Positions 20,253-28,292 of a stretch of 64,000 bases of DNA are shown piece after piece. The translations under genes were made by a program, and so were the position numbers. The stretch spans positions 576,001 through 640,000 of the forward strand of contig CAVSGI010000020.1 in the NCBI GenBank assembly GCA_963727445.1, written 5' to 3'. The stretch's first letter is position 1, and each line of letters opens with the position of its first letter. Under the pieces are notes generated by a model, which saw only the letters and a list, made by a program, of their open reading frames with translations, searched no databases and was not told the origin of the DNA. The stretch is from an uncultured delta proteobacterium. GTDB taxonomy: Bacteria; Myxococcota_A; Polyangia; Polyangiales; B10-G4.

Positions 20253-20600
20253 ATGGCTGCCAAGAAGAAGACCACTAAGAAGAGCGCTAAGAAGCGCCCC
20301 GCTAAGAAGCGCGCGACCAAGAAGCGTGCAACCAAGAAGCGCGCGACCAAGAAGCGTGCGACCAAGAAGCGCGCGACCAAGAAGCGTGCGACCAAGAAGC
20401 GTGCGACCAAGAAGCGCGCGACCAAGAAGCGTGCGACCAAGAAGCGCGCGACCAAGAAGCGTGCGACCAAGAAGCGCGCGACCAAGAAGCGTGCGACCAA
20501 GAAGCGTGCGACCAAGAAGCGCACCGCCAAGAAGGCGACGAAGAAGCGCGCCACCAAGAAGCGCGCGACCAAGAAGCGCACCGCTCGCAAGAAGAAGTAG
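20253..20600 (+). CDS. Histone H1-like / Hc2-like basic repeat protein (putative nucleoid-associated protein)
   Basis: 115 aa with 68 Lys+Arg and no acidic or aromatic residue; 14 consecutive KKRAT units plus variants; strong RBS. Confidence 0.85.
   Translation: MAAKKKTTKKSAKKRPAKKRATKKRATKKRATKKRATKKRATKKRATKKRATKKRATKKRATKKRATKKRATKKRATKKRATKKRATKKRTAKKATKKRATKKRATKKRTARKKK
20304..20580 (+). repeat. 15-bp coding tandem repeat aagaagcg(c/t)gcgacc
   Basis: 14 contiguous units (20304-20513) varying only at synonymous sites, followed by degenerate units. Confidence 0.95.
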
Positions 20601-20603
20601 TTC

Positions 20604-20745
20604 AAGCGCTGGCCCACTTCGGGAGCGCCCCAAGGCGTGCCCGAGCCATGTGCAGCCCTCGGGCCGTATGTGGTGAAAGGTGAGAGCAGCCCACGCAGTT
20701 GGGGGCGCTCGAGAGAAATGAAGCCAGCGCATCCCGAAAGGGAAG
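20604..20745 (+). ncRNA. Putative structured ncRNA or 3'-UTR element, family unassigned
   Basis: Nested stems 20606-13/20723-30, 20623-31/20702-10, 20635-39/20692-96 and 20640-45/20658-63, then a ccc-GAAA-ggg hairpin at 20733-42. Confidence 0.45.
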
Positions 20746-20752
20746 CACAAAC

Positions 20753-20792
20753 AAACGAGCCATTCGGGAAACCGGGTGGCTCGTTTGCTTTG
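20753..20792 (+). terminator. Long hairpin terminator, probably bidirectional
   Basis: aaacgagccattcgg-GAAA-ccgggtggctcgttt followed by gcttt, between convergent genes. Confidence 0.7.
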
Positions 20793-20809
20793 GTGCGCGG
20801 GGGTCCGAG

Positions 20810-22195
20810 CTATTCGCGCTCTTCGTGCGAAAGGAGGCGCGCGAGCCGCTCGGGCTCGAGACGGAGAACGAGCACACGTTCCCGATCCACCATCACCGCA
20901 CCGGGGGCAGCGCCACGTGGCTTGCGCACATAGCGGCGCGGCGTGTGTTGCACCTCGACGCGATCTTCCCCTGCGGCTCCGCTGAAGTGAACCGCCAGCG
21001 TGGCCGCATCGAGGAGGAGCTCGGGCGGGCACTCTTCGTTTCGCTCGAGGGGGACGATCACGTGGGCGCCCCGTCGCCCGCGGGCATGAAGCCAGAGATC
21101 CGACGGCCGTGCATGACGGAGGGTCAACGCATCGTTGTCGGCCGCGCCGCGCCCGACGAGGATCGGCCGACCGCCATCGCCGTTGAAGCGTCGATAGGGT
21201 CGCCGCTGTCCTTCCTTCTTGCGCGGGCGCGCGCCTCCTCGGGTGACTTTGCGCGCGCCCCGAACGCCCGCCCGCGCGGCTTCGTCGGCGAGCGCCTCGA
21301 GGGACGCATCGTCCGTCGCTGCCTCGAGCCGCGTCTTCAGCGCGCGCAGGACCCCGAGCTCCGCGTCGGTGGTGGCGCGTCGTTCGGCTGCCTTTTCGGC
21401 GCCCCGTGAAAGCCTTCGCGCACGGTGAAACAGCGCCTCCGCCTGCCCCTTCGGACCCAGCTTCGGATCGATGGGGGCCCAGCTCTCCTCGGGGGGATCG
21501 GCTGCGTAGTCGACCACTCGGAGACGATCGCTCCCCTCCTCGTAGGCGTGCAGGTGCGACAGGATCTGGGAGGCGAGGGCGCGAAGCGTTTCGACCTCGG
21601 AGACGCGCGCGGCGTCGGCCGCGATCTTGACGAGACGCCGTTCGAGTCGCTTTTCGGCGCTCCGGAGGGCGCGGCCGAGCTCCTTCTTCTTGACGTCGAG
21701 CGCTTCCACGGACGCGCCGCCGACGAGGCTGGGGCCTCGCACGCGGAGCGCCGCGTCGTCCACTTCCGCCTCCGCCGCGAGCGCGGATGCTGGCGGGACG
21801 CCGCCGATGCCGATCCCCGCGGTGCGCCCATCGAGGGCGGCTTCGAGCGCGAGCTCGGCGTCGAGGACCCAGAGATGTCGCGCCTTCGGGTCACTGTCGA
21901 GGAGCAGCGTGCGCACGCCGTCGCCGCGCCGCAGGCGAAGCTTGAGACGCTGGTGCGCGCCCGCGCTGATCGCTTCGAGCACCGAGCCTTCGAGGAGCTT
22001 GCGAAGCCGACGCGTGAAGCCGTCGGCGGGTGCTCCGCGCGGTCTCTCCTTCACGAGCCCCGCGCCGCGCGGTGTTCCCGTGAGCCGATAGACCAGGACC
22101 TCCTTTTCTCCGTCACCGGCGAAGGTGATCGCGATCAGCCCCTCGCGGGGCATGTCGATGCGCCGCGCCCTCTGTCCGACCAGCGACGAGCTCAC
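20810..22195 (-). CDS. NFACT RNA-binding domain protein (RqcH/FbpA-like)
   Basis: Central coiled coil; C-terminal ILVGRGAADNDALT...DLWLHARGRRGAHV...AATLA...YVRKP..A.PG.V. Confidence 0.82.
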   Translation of the reverse strand: MSSSLVGQRARRIDMPREGLIAITFAGDGEKEVLVYRLTGTPRGAGLVKERPRGAPADGFTRRLRKLLEGSVLEAISAGAHQRLKLRLRRGDGVRTLLLDSDPKARHLWVLDAELALEAALDGRTAGIGIGGVPPASALAAEAEVDDAALRVRGPSLVGGASVEALDVKKKELGRALRSAEKRLERRLVKIAADAARVSEVETLRALASQILSHLHAYEEGSDRLRVVDYAADPPEESWAPIDPKLGPKGQAEALFHRARRLSRGAEKAAERRATTDAELGVLRALKTRLEAATDDASLEALADEAARAGVRGARKVTRGGARPRKKEGQRRPYRRFNGDGGRPILVGRGAADNDALTLRHARPSDLWLHARGRRGAHVIVPLERNEECPPELLLDAATLAVHFSGAAGEDRVEVQHTPRRYVRKPRGAAPGAVMVDRERVLVLRLEPERLARLLSHEERE

Positions 22196-22860
22196 TGCAC
22201 GAGCAGCTGCTTGAGTCGCGTGGCTTCACGCATCGAACGCTCCGACTCGATGGCGACGAAGATCTCTTTGGCATCGACGAGCATCTCGACGGCGTCGACG
22301 ACCTGCGTGAGCGCGCCTTCGCCGAGCCGCGTGCGCGCGCCCATCCCGCGAATCCGCAGGTAGGCGAGGGGCCCGCTGGGCACCATGGCATCGAGCGGAT
22401 CGAAGGCGTAGGTGACACCCAGGGAGTCGGCGACGCGTCGTGCTTCCTCCGCCTCCCACAGGCCCCCGGCTTCCCACACCACGGGCACGTCGCCGAGCGC
22501 TGCCTGCACGCGTTCGAAGTAGGCACTGAGCCGCTCGCGATCCTTGGGGCCGGTGCGCACCTCGCCCAGGGTCGGCACCACCACCGCGCGGGCCGCGATG
22601 GCCTTTGCGGTCTGAGCCAGCCATTCGATGTTCGCTTCGAGCGACTCGTCGAGGCGGAGAGGCCCGAGCGCCGAGACGAAGCAACTCCGAGGAGCGGTCA
22701 GCGCCAGAACGAAAGACTCCGGCACATCGTCACGGATCTTGGCGGAGGTCTTCGGCTTGGGGAGCGGAGGCCGAGGCGCGAGCTCCGCGAAGTCGAGGGC
22801 CGCGCGATACTTCGGCCCCGGAGGACGCTCGATCACGGCGCCGACGTGGAGCGAGGTCAT
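22192..22860 (-). CDS. DUF72-like TIM-barrel protein
   Basis: Y...LDFAEL, VVWE.GGLW, FDPL and AYLRIRG pattern; stop overlaps the NFACT start. Confidence 0.6.
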   Translation of the reverse strand: MTSLHVGAVIERPPGPKYRAALDFAELAPRPPLPKPKTSAKIRDDVPESFVLALTAPRSCFVSALGPLRLDESLEANIEWLAQTAKAIAARAVVVPTLGEVRTGPKDRERLSAYFERVQAALGDVPVVWEAGGLWEAEEARRVADSLGVTYAFDPLDAMVPSGPLAYLRIRGMGARTRLGEGALTQVVDAVEMLVDAKEIFVAIESERSMREATRLKQLLVQ

Positions 22861-22918
22861 GAGGATGCGGAGCGTAACAGCATTGCAGGATCGTGGCCGG
22901 CTATTTAGTCTCCTTCTC

Positions 22919-23770
22919 GTGCGCCTCCTTGCTTGCTCCATCGCGGTGGCGATCTTCGCCCTGCCTTTCGCTGCGTGTGGAAGCGATCCCCCTTCCTTTC
23001 CGGATCGCGTCTTCGACAGCGGCCTCGAGTGCTCCGACGGGGTGATGGACGGCGGCCAGGACCTCGGGCCGTGCCCGGCGGGTCAGGTCTGCCTCGCAGG
23101 CCGTTGCTACGACGAGTGCTCGGGCAACGCCGAGTGCGCCGTGACCGAGATGTGCGTCGACGGGAGCTGCGTCCCGCGGACCACCCCGCGGCCCGACGGT
23201 GGGCCCATGGACACCGGCCCGCCCGATCCATGTGACGGCGTGACCTGCGAGGGGGGGCAGATGTGTCATCCCGTCGGCGGCGTCTGCGTCGAGTGTCTGG
23301 GCATGACCTGCCCGGCGGCCACACCCATCTGCGATCTCGCGTTCGGGAACTGCGTCACCTTCCGACCGCGCATCTGTGCGCCCTGCAACATCGATGGCGA
23401 CTGCACCGACCCCATGTCGGGCACCGACTACGGCGACTGCGTCATGCGGGACACCTTCTACGAGAAGGTGTGCATGCCCACCTGCATGGATGCGTCCGAG
23501 TGTCCGCCGGGGCTCGACTGCAATCCGGATGGGCGTTGCGGCCCGCGCGTCGGCTCCTGCGCCGGCTTCCTCACCGCGGCGGATCTCCTGCCGTGCACGA
23601 TGGATGAAGACTGCGTGCCCCTCGGCGCCCTGGCGGCGCCCGGCCAGTGCGAGCTGACGACGACGGGCGACGGTGGAACGACCACCGGCGTCTGCCGCCA
23701 ACCATGCGGGATCCCGAGCGACTGCCCGACCGGAACGGAGTGCATTCGCGGCTTCTGCGTGCCACCCTGA
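22919..23770 (+). CDS. Cys-rich lipoprotein
   Basis: Lipobox FAAC; many short Cys modules (CPAGQVC..GRC, C..D.DC); GTG start 7 nt after TAGTCT. Confidence 0.75.
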   Translation: MRLLACSIAVAIFALPFAACGSDPPSFPDRVFDSGLECSDGVMDGGQDLGPCPAGQVCLAGRCYDECSGNAECAVTEMCVDGSCVPRTTPRPDGGPMDTGPPDPCDGVTCEGGQMCHPVGGVCVECLGMTCPAATPICDLAFGNCVTFRPRICAPCNIDGDCTDPMSGTDYGDCVMRDTFYEKVCMPTCMDASECPPGLDCNPDGRCGPRVGSCAGFLTAADLLPCTMDEDCVPLGALAAPGQCELTTTGDGGTTTGVCRQPCGIPSDCPTGTECIRGFCVPP

Positions 23771-23799
23771 CCCCCTCCAGCTCTCGAGAAGAGGTATTG

Positions 23800-26700
23800 A
23801 TGCGTCGCCGACAGTGGATCGTGATCGGCCTCGTGGCGTCGTTTGCCGCGTGGGTCTCCCCCGAAATCACGGCTCAGAACCCCGACTGGCCCCCCAGCCC
23901 GGGGTCGACTCCCGCGGACCTCGCGGATCCGGCGACCTGGCCCGACGATCAAGGGTTCGGGTACGACATCGAGGGCGACGGCGAGTCCTGCTCTGCGGGC
24001 TCGGTCTGCTGGAGCAGTCGGACCGGGGGCAACTGGAACTACTGGTCGTGGACGCCGCCCCAGGCCGCGGGTCGCGACAGCTTCCGTGATGACGAGGTTC
24101 CCATGGGCTCGGGCTCGTGGACCGACATGGCGTGGCAGCACACCATCGGTGAAAAGTCGGTGGTCATCGCCGTGCTCGACAGCGGCATCAAGTGGGACGA
24201 GCGCGACCTGGTCAACCAGTACTACATCAATCAGACGGAGCTCGAAGCTTCCGGGCTCGACGAGAACTGCCTGCCCGTGCCGCCTGCGGGACACACCGGC
24301 GACCCGATCGACATCGACGGCGACGGCTATCTGACGATGGCCGACTATCTCTTCGGCAAGAGCGCGACCGAAGCCGACATGGTCACGATGGCCATCGATG
24401 GCGCCGGCAACATGAACGGCATCGCCGACCCCGGCGACCTGATCACCCTGTGCAGCGACGGCGTGGACGACGACGGCAACGGTTACGTCGACGACATCTC
24501 GGGTTGGGACACCTACGCCGACGACAACGATCCGATGGACGACAATCGCTACGGTCACGGCACCAGCGAGGCGCGCTGGAGCACGGCGTCCGGCAACGAC
24601 GGCGGCGCCATCGGTCAGTGTCCGGGCTGCCGCGTGCTCATGGTCCGCACCGGTGACAGCTTCATCGTCGATGCGCAGGACTACGCCCAGAGCGTGATCT
24701 TCAGCGTCGACTCGGGCGCGCGCGTGGTCCAGGAGGCGCTCGGCAGCCTCAACAACACGACCTTCATGCGCCGGGCGAACGACTACGCCTACGCCAACGA
24801 CGTCCTGATCATCGCCAGCGCCGCGGACGAGAACAGCTACCACCACAACTACCCGGGCACGGCCAACCACACCCTCTACGTCCACGCGATCACCTATGCG
24901 GGCGGCAATCCGCAGAACGCCGACAGCTATCTCGCGTTCAACAACTGCACGAATTACGGCGGGCAGCTGGTCTTGAGCGCACCGGGGACCGCGTGCTCCT
25001 CCAATGCCACGGGCGTCACCGCAGGGATCGCCGGCGTGGTCTACTCCGCCAGCGTCGCCGCCGATCGCCCAGGCGGCCCGCTGGACCCGCCGCTGTCCGC
25101 AGAGGAGCTGCGACAGCTCCTGTTGATGACCGCCCAGGACATCGACGTCCCCGAGAGCCAGCCGGGCGCGACGGGCTTCGACCGGCGCTGGTATCCGAGC
25201 CGCACGGGCTGGGACCAGCGCTTCGGCTACGGGCGCGTGAACACCTACAACGCCGTGATGGCCGTCCGCAACGGTGCCATCCCGCCCGAGGTGGACATCG
25301 TACTGCCCGACTGGTTCAAGAACGTCTATCCCGACCAGGAGCCGACGGTCTCCATCGAGGGCAGCATCGACGCGCCTCGCGCGCCGGCCTTCGACTACGT
25401 GGTCGAGTGGGCGGCGGGGATCGAGCCCGAGGAGGGGGATTGGCAGACCCTCGCCATGGGCGTCGGTGAGACCGCGCCCATCGAAGGCGAGCTCGCCAGT
25501 TGGGACGTCTCTTCGGTGAACATCGACAACGGAGACGACGGCGGCCCCCACAACCGCTTCACCGTCACCGTGCGCGTGCGGGTGACCGCGAAGTACGCTG
25601 ATCCGATCGGAGACGTGGTGGGTGAAGGTCGTCGCGTGTTCCAGATCGTGCGGGACTCGGACCTCTTGCCCGGCTTCCCGATCGCCCTCGGCGTTCGGAA
25701 CGACGCCGACATCTACCCCGCGGCGAGCGGTGAGGGCTCGGCCAAGCTCGCCGACGTCGACAACGACGGCGTGGTGGAGATCGTCTACGGGGACTCCGAC
25801 GGCCTGCTCCACGCCATCAACGGCGACGCGACCGAGGTAGCCGGCTATCCGATCGCCCTCGGCACCCTCCGCGGCTACGAGGCGTCCGAGCTCTACAACG
25901 TGCTCGACTCCGCCGCCTACGCCACCGGCGCGGTGCCCACCGAGGATCTGCATCCATCGCTCATCCTCAACGCGCCCGCGATCGGCGACCTCGACGGCGA
26001 CGGCACGCCGGAGATCGTGATCTGCACGACCGAGGGCGACATCCACGCCTTCCACGGACCCGACGGGTCGGTGGTGGACGGCTTCCCCATCGCGCTCCCC
26101 GAGGTCCCGAGCGGTGACCCGCTGCGCATGGGGCCGATCAATCCGGGCTCACCCATCGAGCGCGGCGCCATCACCGCCATCACGCTGGTGGACCTCGATG
26201 GCGACGACGCCCTCGAGCTGGTGCTACCGGCCTATGACGGGCATGTCTACGCGTTCCGTGCCGACGGCTCGACGCAGCCCGGTTTCCCCATCGAGGTGAT
26301 CGCGCCCCAGCTCTGGATGGACCCGTCCTCGGCGCAGCCGAGCCGCATCGTGACCCCCGCCGCCGTGGGCGACGCCGACGGAGATGGCATGGTGGACATC
26401 GCCGTCGGCTCGAACGAGGTCGGTGACGACTCGAACAGCGGCGCGGTGCACCTGTATCACGGCGACGGCAACCTCCACGACGGTGGGCCGGAGCACGACA
26501 ACTGGCCGATCACCATCGCCAGCATCAACTTCTATCCCTTCATCGGCGAGGGGATCACGTCGCCGATCGCGATGGCTGACGTCAACGGGGACGACAAGCC
26601 CGACATCGCGGCCGCAGGTCAGGCCGGGAGCATCTTCATCTGGGACGGCATCCAGCCCCCGCGCGACAGCGGGTTCGACGGAATGCCGATCCTCATCCTC

Positions 26701-27516
26701 GACTCCAACGATCGCGGCTACTCGAGCGACGTCTCCGATTCCTTCGACAAGCCCCTGCTCAACACCTTCGCCGCGGGGACCTTCGGCGACCTCGACCAGG
26801 ACGGTCGACCCGAGTTCGTGACCGGCGGCGCGGGGCTGCGTCTCGGTCTCAACCTCGCGGGCGGCTACGCCAACGAGCCCTTCACCCATCAGATCGGCGC
26901 CTGGGAGACGCAGACCGGCAAGCAGCTCCCCGGCTATCCGCACAGCATCGAGGACTACCTCTTCTTCGTGAACCCGACGGTGGTGAACGTCGACGCCGAC
27001 CCGTACCCCGAGGTGGTCACCGGCTCGGGTGGTTACTGGGTGCACGCTTGGGACGCTTGTGGGACGGAGGCCGACGGCTTTCCGAAGTTCACGGGAGGCT
27101 GGGTGACGGGGTCGGTCGGCGCGGGCGACCTGGACGACGACGGTCTGCTCGAGATTGTGGTCACCACCCGCTCCGGCTATCTCTTCGCCTGGAACACCGA
27201 GGCCCCGGTCGATTCGGCGCAGCCCTGGCCCGAGTATCGGCACGACAACCGCAACACCGGCAACTACGAGACGGAGCTGTCCAATGGAGGCGTCGCCACC
27301 TTCGCCACCGAGCCCCTCGACTGCCCGGCGCCGCCCATGATGGACGGTGGCACCGACGGCGGGAGCGACGCGGGGACGGATGTCGGCGCCGAGGGCGATC
27401 TCGGCGGCGGCGGTTGCAGCTGCCGCGTGGCGTCGCGCCCGAAGCCTGCGCCTCTCGGGTTCGGCTTCGCACTCCTCTTCGGAGCGGCGCTCCTGCGCCG
27501 CCGCCGCCGGCGCTGA
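23800..27516 (+). CDS. S8 (subtilisin-like) serine peptidase with FG-GAP repeats and MYXO-CTERM anchor
   Basis: Signal peptide; IAVLDSG, YGHGT and ACSSNATG triad motifs; GDLDGDG repeats; C-terminal GGGCSCRV-hydrophobic-RRRRRR. Confidence 0.9.
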   Translation: MRRRQWIVIGLVASFAAWVSPEITAQNPDWPPSPGSTPADLADPATWPDDQGFGYDIEGDGESCSAGSVCWSSRTGGNWNYWSWTPPQAAGRDSFRDDEVPMGSGSWTDMAWQHTIGEKSVVIAVLDSGIKWDERDLVNQYYINQTELEASGLDENCLPVPPAGHTGDPIDIDGDGYLTMADYLFGKSATEADMVTMAIDGAGNMNGIADPGDLITLCSDGVDDDGNGYVDDISGWDTYADDNDPMDDNRYGHGTSEARWSTASGNDGGAIGQCPGCRVLMVRTGDSFIVDAQDYAQSVIFSVDSGARVVQEALGSLNNTTFMRRANDYAYANDVLIIASAADENSYHHNYPGTANHTLYVHAITYAGGNPQNADSYLAFNNCTNYGGQLVLSAPGTACSSNATGVTAGIAGVVYSASVAADRPGGPLDPPLSAEELRQLLLMTAQDIDVPESQPGATGFDRRWYPSRTGWDQRFGYGRVNTYNAVMAVRNGAIPPEVDIVLPDWFKNVYPDQEPTVSIEGSIDAPRAPAFDYVVEWAAGIEPEEGDWQTLAMGVGETAPIEGELASWDVSSVNIDNGDDGGPHNRFTVTVRVRVTAKYADPIGDVVGEGRRVFQIVRDSDLLPGFPIALGVRNDADIYPAASGEGSAKLADVDNDGVVEIVYGDSDGLLHAINGDATEVAGYPIALGTLRGYEASELYNVLDSAAYATGAVPTEDLHPSLILNAPAIGDLDGDGTPEIVICTTEGDIHAFHGPDGSVVDGFPIALPEVPSGDPLRMGPINPGSPIERGAITAITLVDLDGDDALELVLPAYDGHVYAFRADGSTQPGFPIEVIAPQLWMDPSSAQPSRIVTPAAVGDADGDGMVDIAVGSNEVGDDSNSGAVHLYHGDGNLHDGGPEHDNWPITIASINFYPFIGEGITSPIAMADVNGDDKPDIAAAGQAGSIFIWDGIQPPRDSGFDGMPILILDSNDRGYSSDVSDSFDKPLLNTFAAGTFGDLDQDGRPEFVTGGAGLRLGLNLAGGYANEPFTHQIGAWETQTGKQLPGYPHSIEDYLFFVNPTVVNVDADPYPEVVTGSGGYWVHAWDACGTEADGFPKFTGGWVTGSVGAGDLDDDGLLEIVVTTRSGYLFAWNTEAPVDSAQPWPEYRHDNRNTGNYETELSNGGVATFATEPLDCPAPPMMDGGTDGGSDAGTDVGAEGDLGGGGCSCRVASRPKPAPLGFGFALLFGAALLRRRRRR

Positions 27517-27518
27517 GC

Positions 27519-28196
27519 TCAGGGCGCGATCAGCGCGAGGAGCTCGGCCGGCGTGTCGATCACGGCCGCGGCGCCGTGATCGACGAGCTCCTGTCGGTCG
27601 CGGAAGCCCCAGGTCACGCCGAGCGCGCGCATGCCGCTGTTCGCCGCCGTCTGCATGTCGGTCTTGGTGTCTCCGACCATCAGCACGTCGGCGGCCGGCG
27701 CGCCGAGCGCTTCGAGCATCGGCGCGACGACGCTCGGGTCGGGCTTCTTGGCGCCGCCTTCGCGCGCGCCCGCGACCGCCTTCCATTCGTAGCCGCCGAA
27801 GAAGTGCGCGACGAGGACCTGCGTCATGTCGTCGGGCTTGTTGCTGAGGATGGCCATCGGGAGCTGGCGAAGCGCGAGGGCGTCGAGGAGCTCCGCGATG
27901 CCGGGGTAGGGGGCGGTCTTCACGATGAGGTGTTCGCGGTAGAGGGCCCGGAAGCGGGCGAGGTACGCGTCGGTCTGCGGACGGCTCTCCTCGGGCAGGG
28001 CGCGATGGACCAGTTGCCTGGCGCCACCGCCGATGAAGCGCTCGTAGCTGGGAATGTCGTGGGTGGGCAGGCGGTCCTCTTCGAGGACATGGTTCATCGC
28101 CGCGGCGATGTCTTCCACGCTGTTCAGGAGGGTTCCGTCGAGATCGAAGAGGATCGCTCTTGGTCGTAGCTTTTCGGAATTGCTGAGATTGGGCAC
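27519..28196 (-). CDS. HAD-family hydrolase (phosphoglycolate phosphatase-like)
   Basis: ILFDLDGTL, LSNK, KKPDP, VGDTKTD and VTWGFR motifs; only the last ~225 codons of the 1058-aa ORF are credible. Confidence 0.9.
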   Translation of the reverse strand: MPNLSNSEKLRPRAILFDLDGTLLNSVEDIAAAMNHVLEEDRLPTHDIPSYERFIGGGARQLVHRALPEESRPQTDAYLARFRALYREHLIVKTAPYPGIAELLDALALRQLPMAILSNKPDDMTQVLVAHFFGGYEWKAVAGAREGGAKKPDPSVVAPMLEALGAPAADVLMVGDTKTDMQTAANSGMRALGVTWGFRDRQELVDHGAAAVIDTPAELLALIAP

Positions 28197-28292
28197 GATC
28201 GCCGAGGAGGGTACGTGCAAGGGCGGCAGTGGGGCCAGAGCGCGAAACGGGCTGTGAGCCGTCTGTCCCCATTGACCTGCTTCTCCGCGGTG

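Noticed and set aside
20249..20617. Antisense ORF of (FLVAR)n repeats
   Set aside because: It is the mirror of the KKRAT repeat; the promoter and RBS support only the plus-strand gene.
20661..20692. Resemblance to group II intron domain V or SRP domain IV (gccgtatg..gaaa..agcagcc)
   Set aside because: The pairing required for either motif is absent, and there is no intron body or reverse transcriptase.
23458..26055. Long overlapping or antisense ORFs (also 636-2975, 2414-4315, 13974-15881, 49480-52332)
   Set aside because: Typical stop-poor shadow frames of high-GC genes with no domain motifs.
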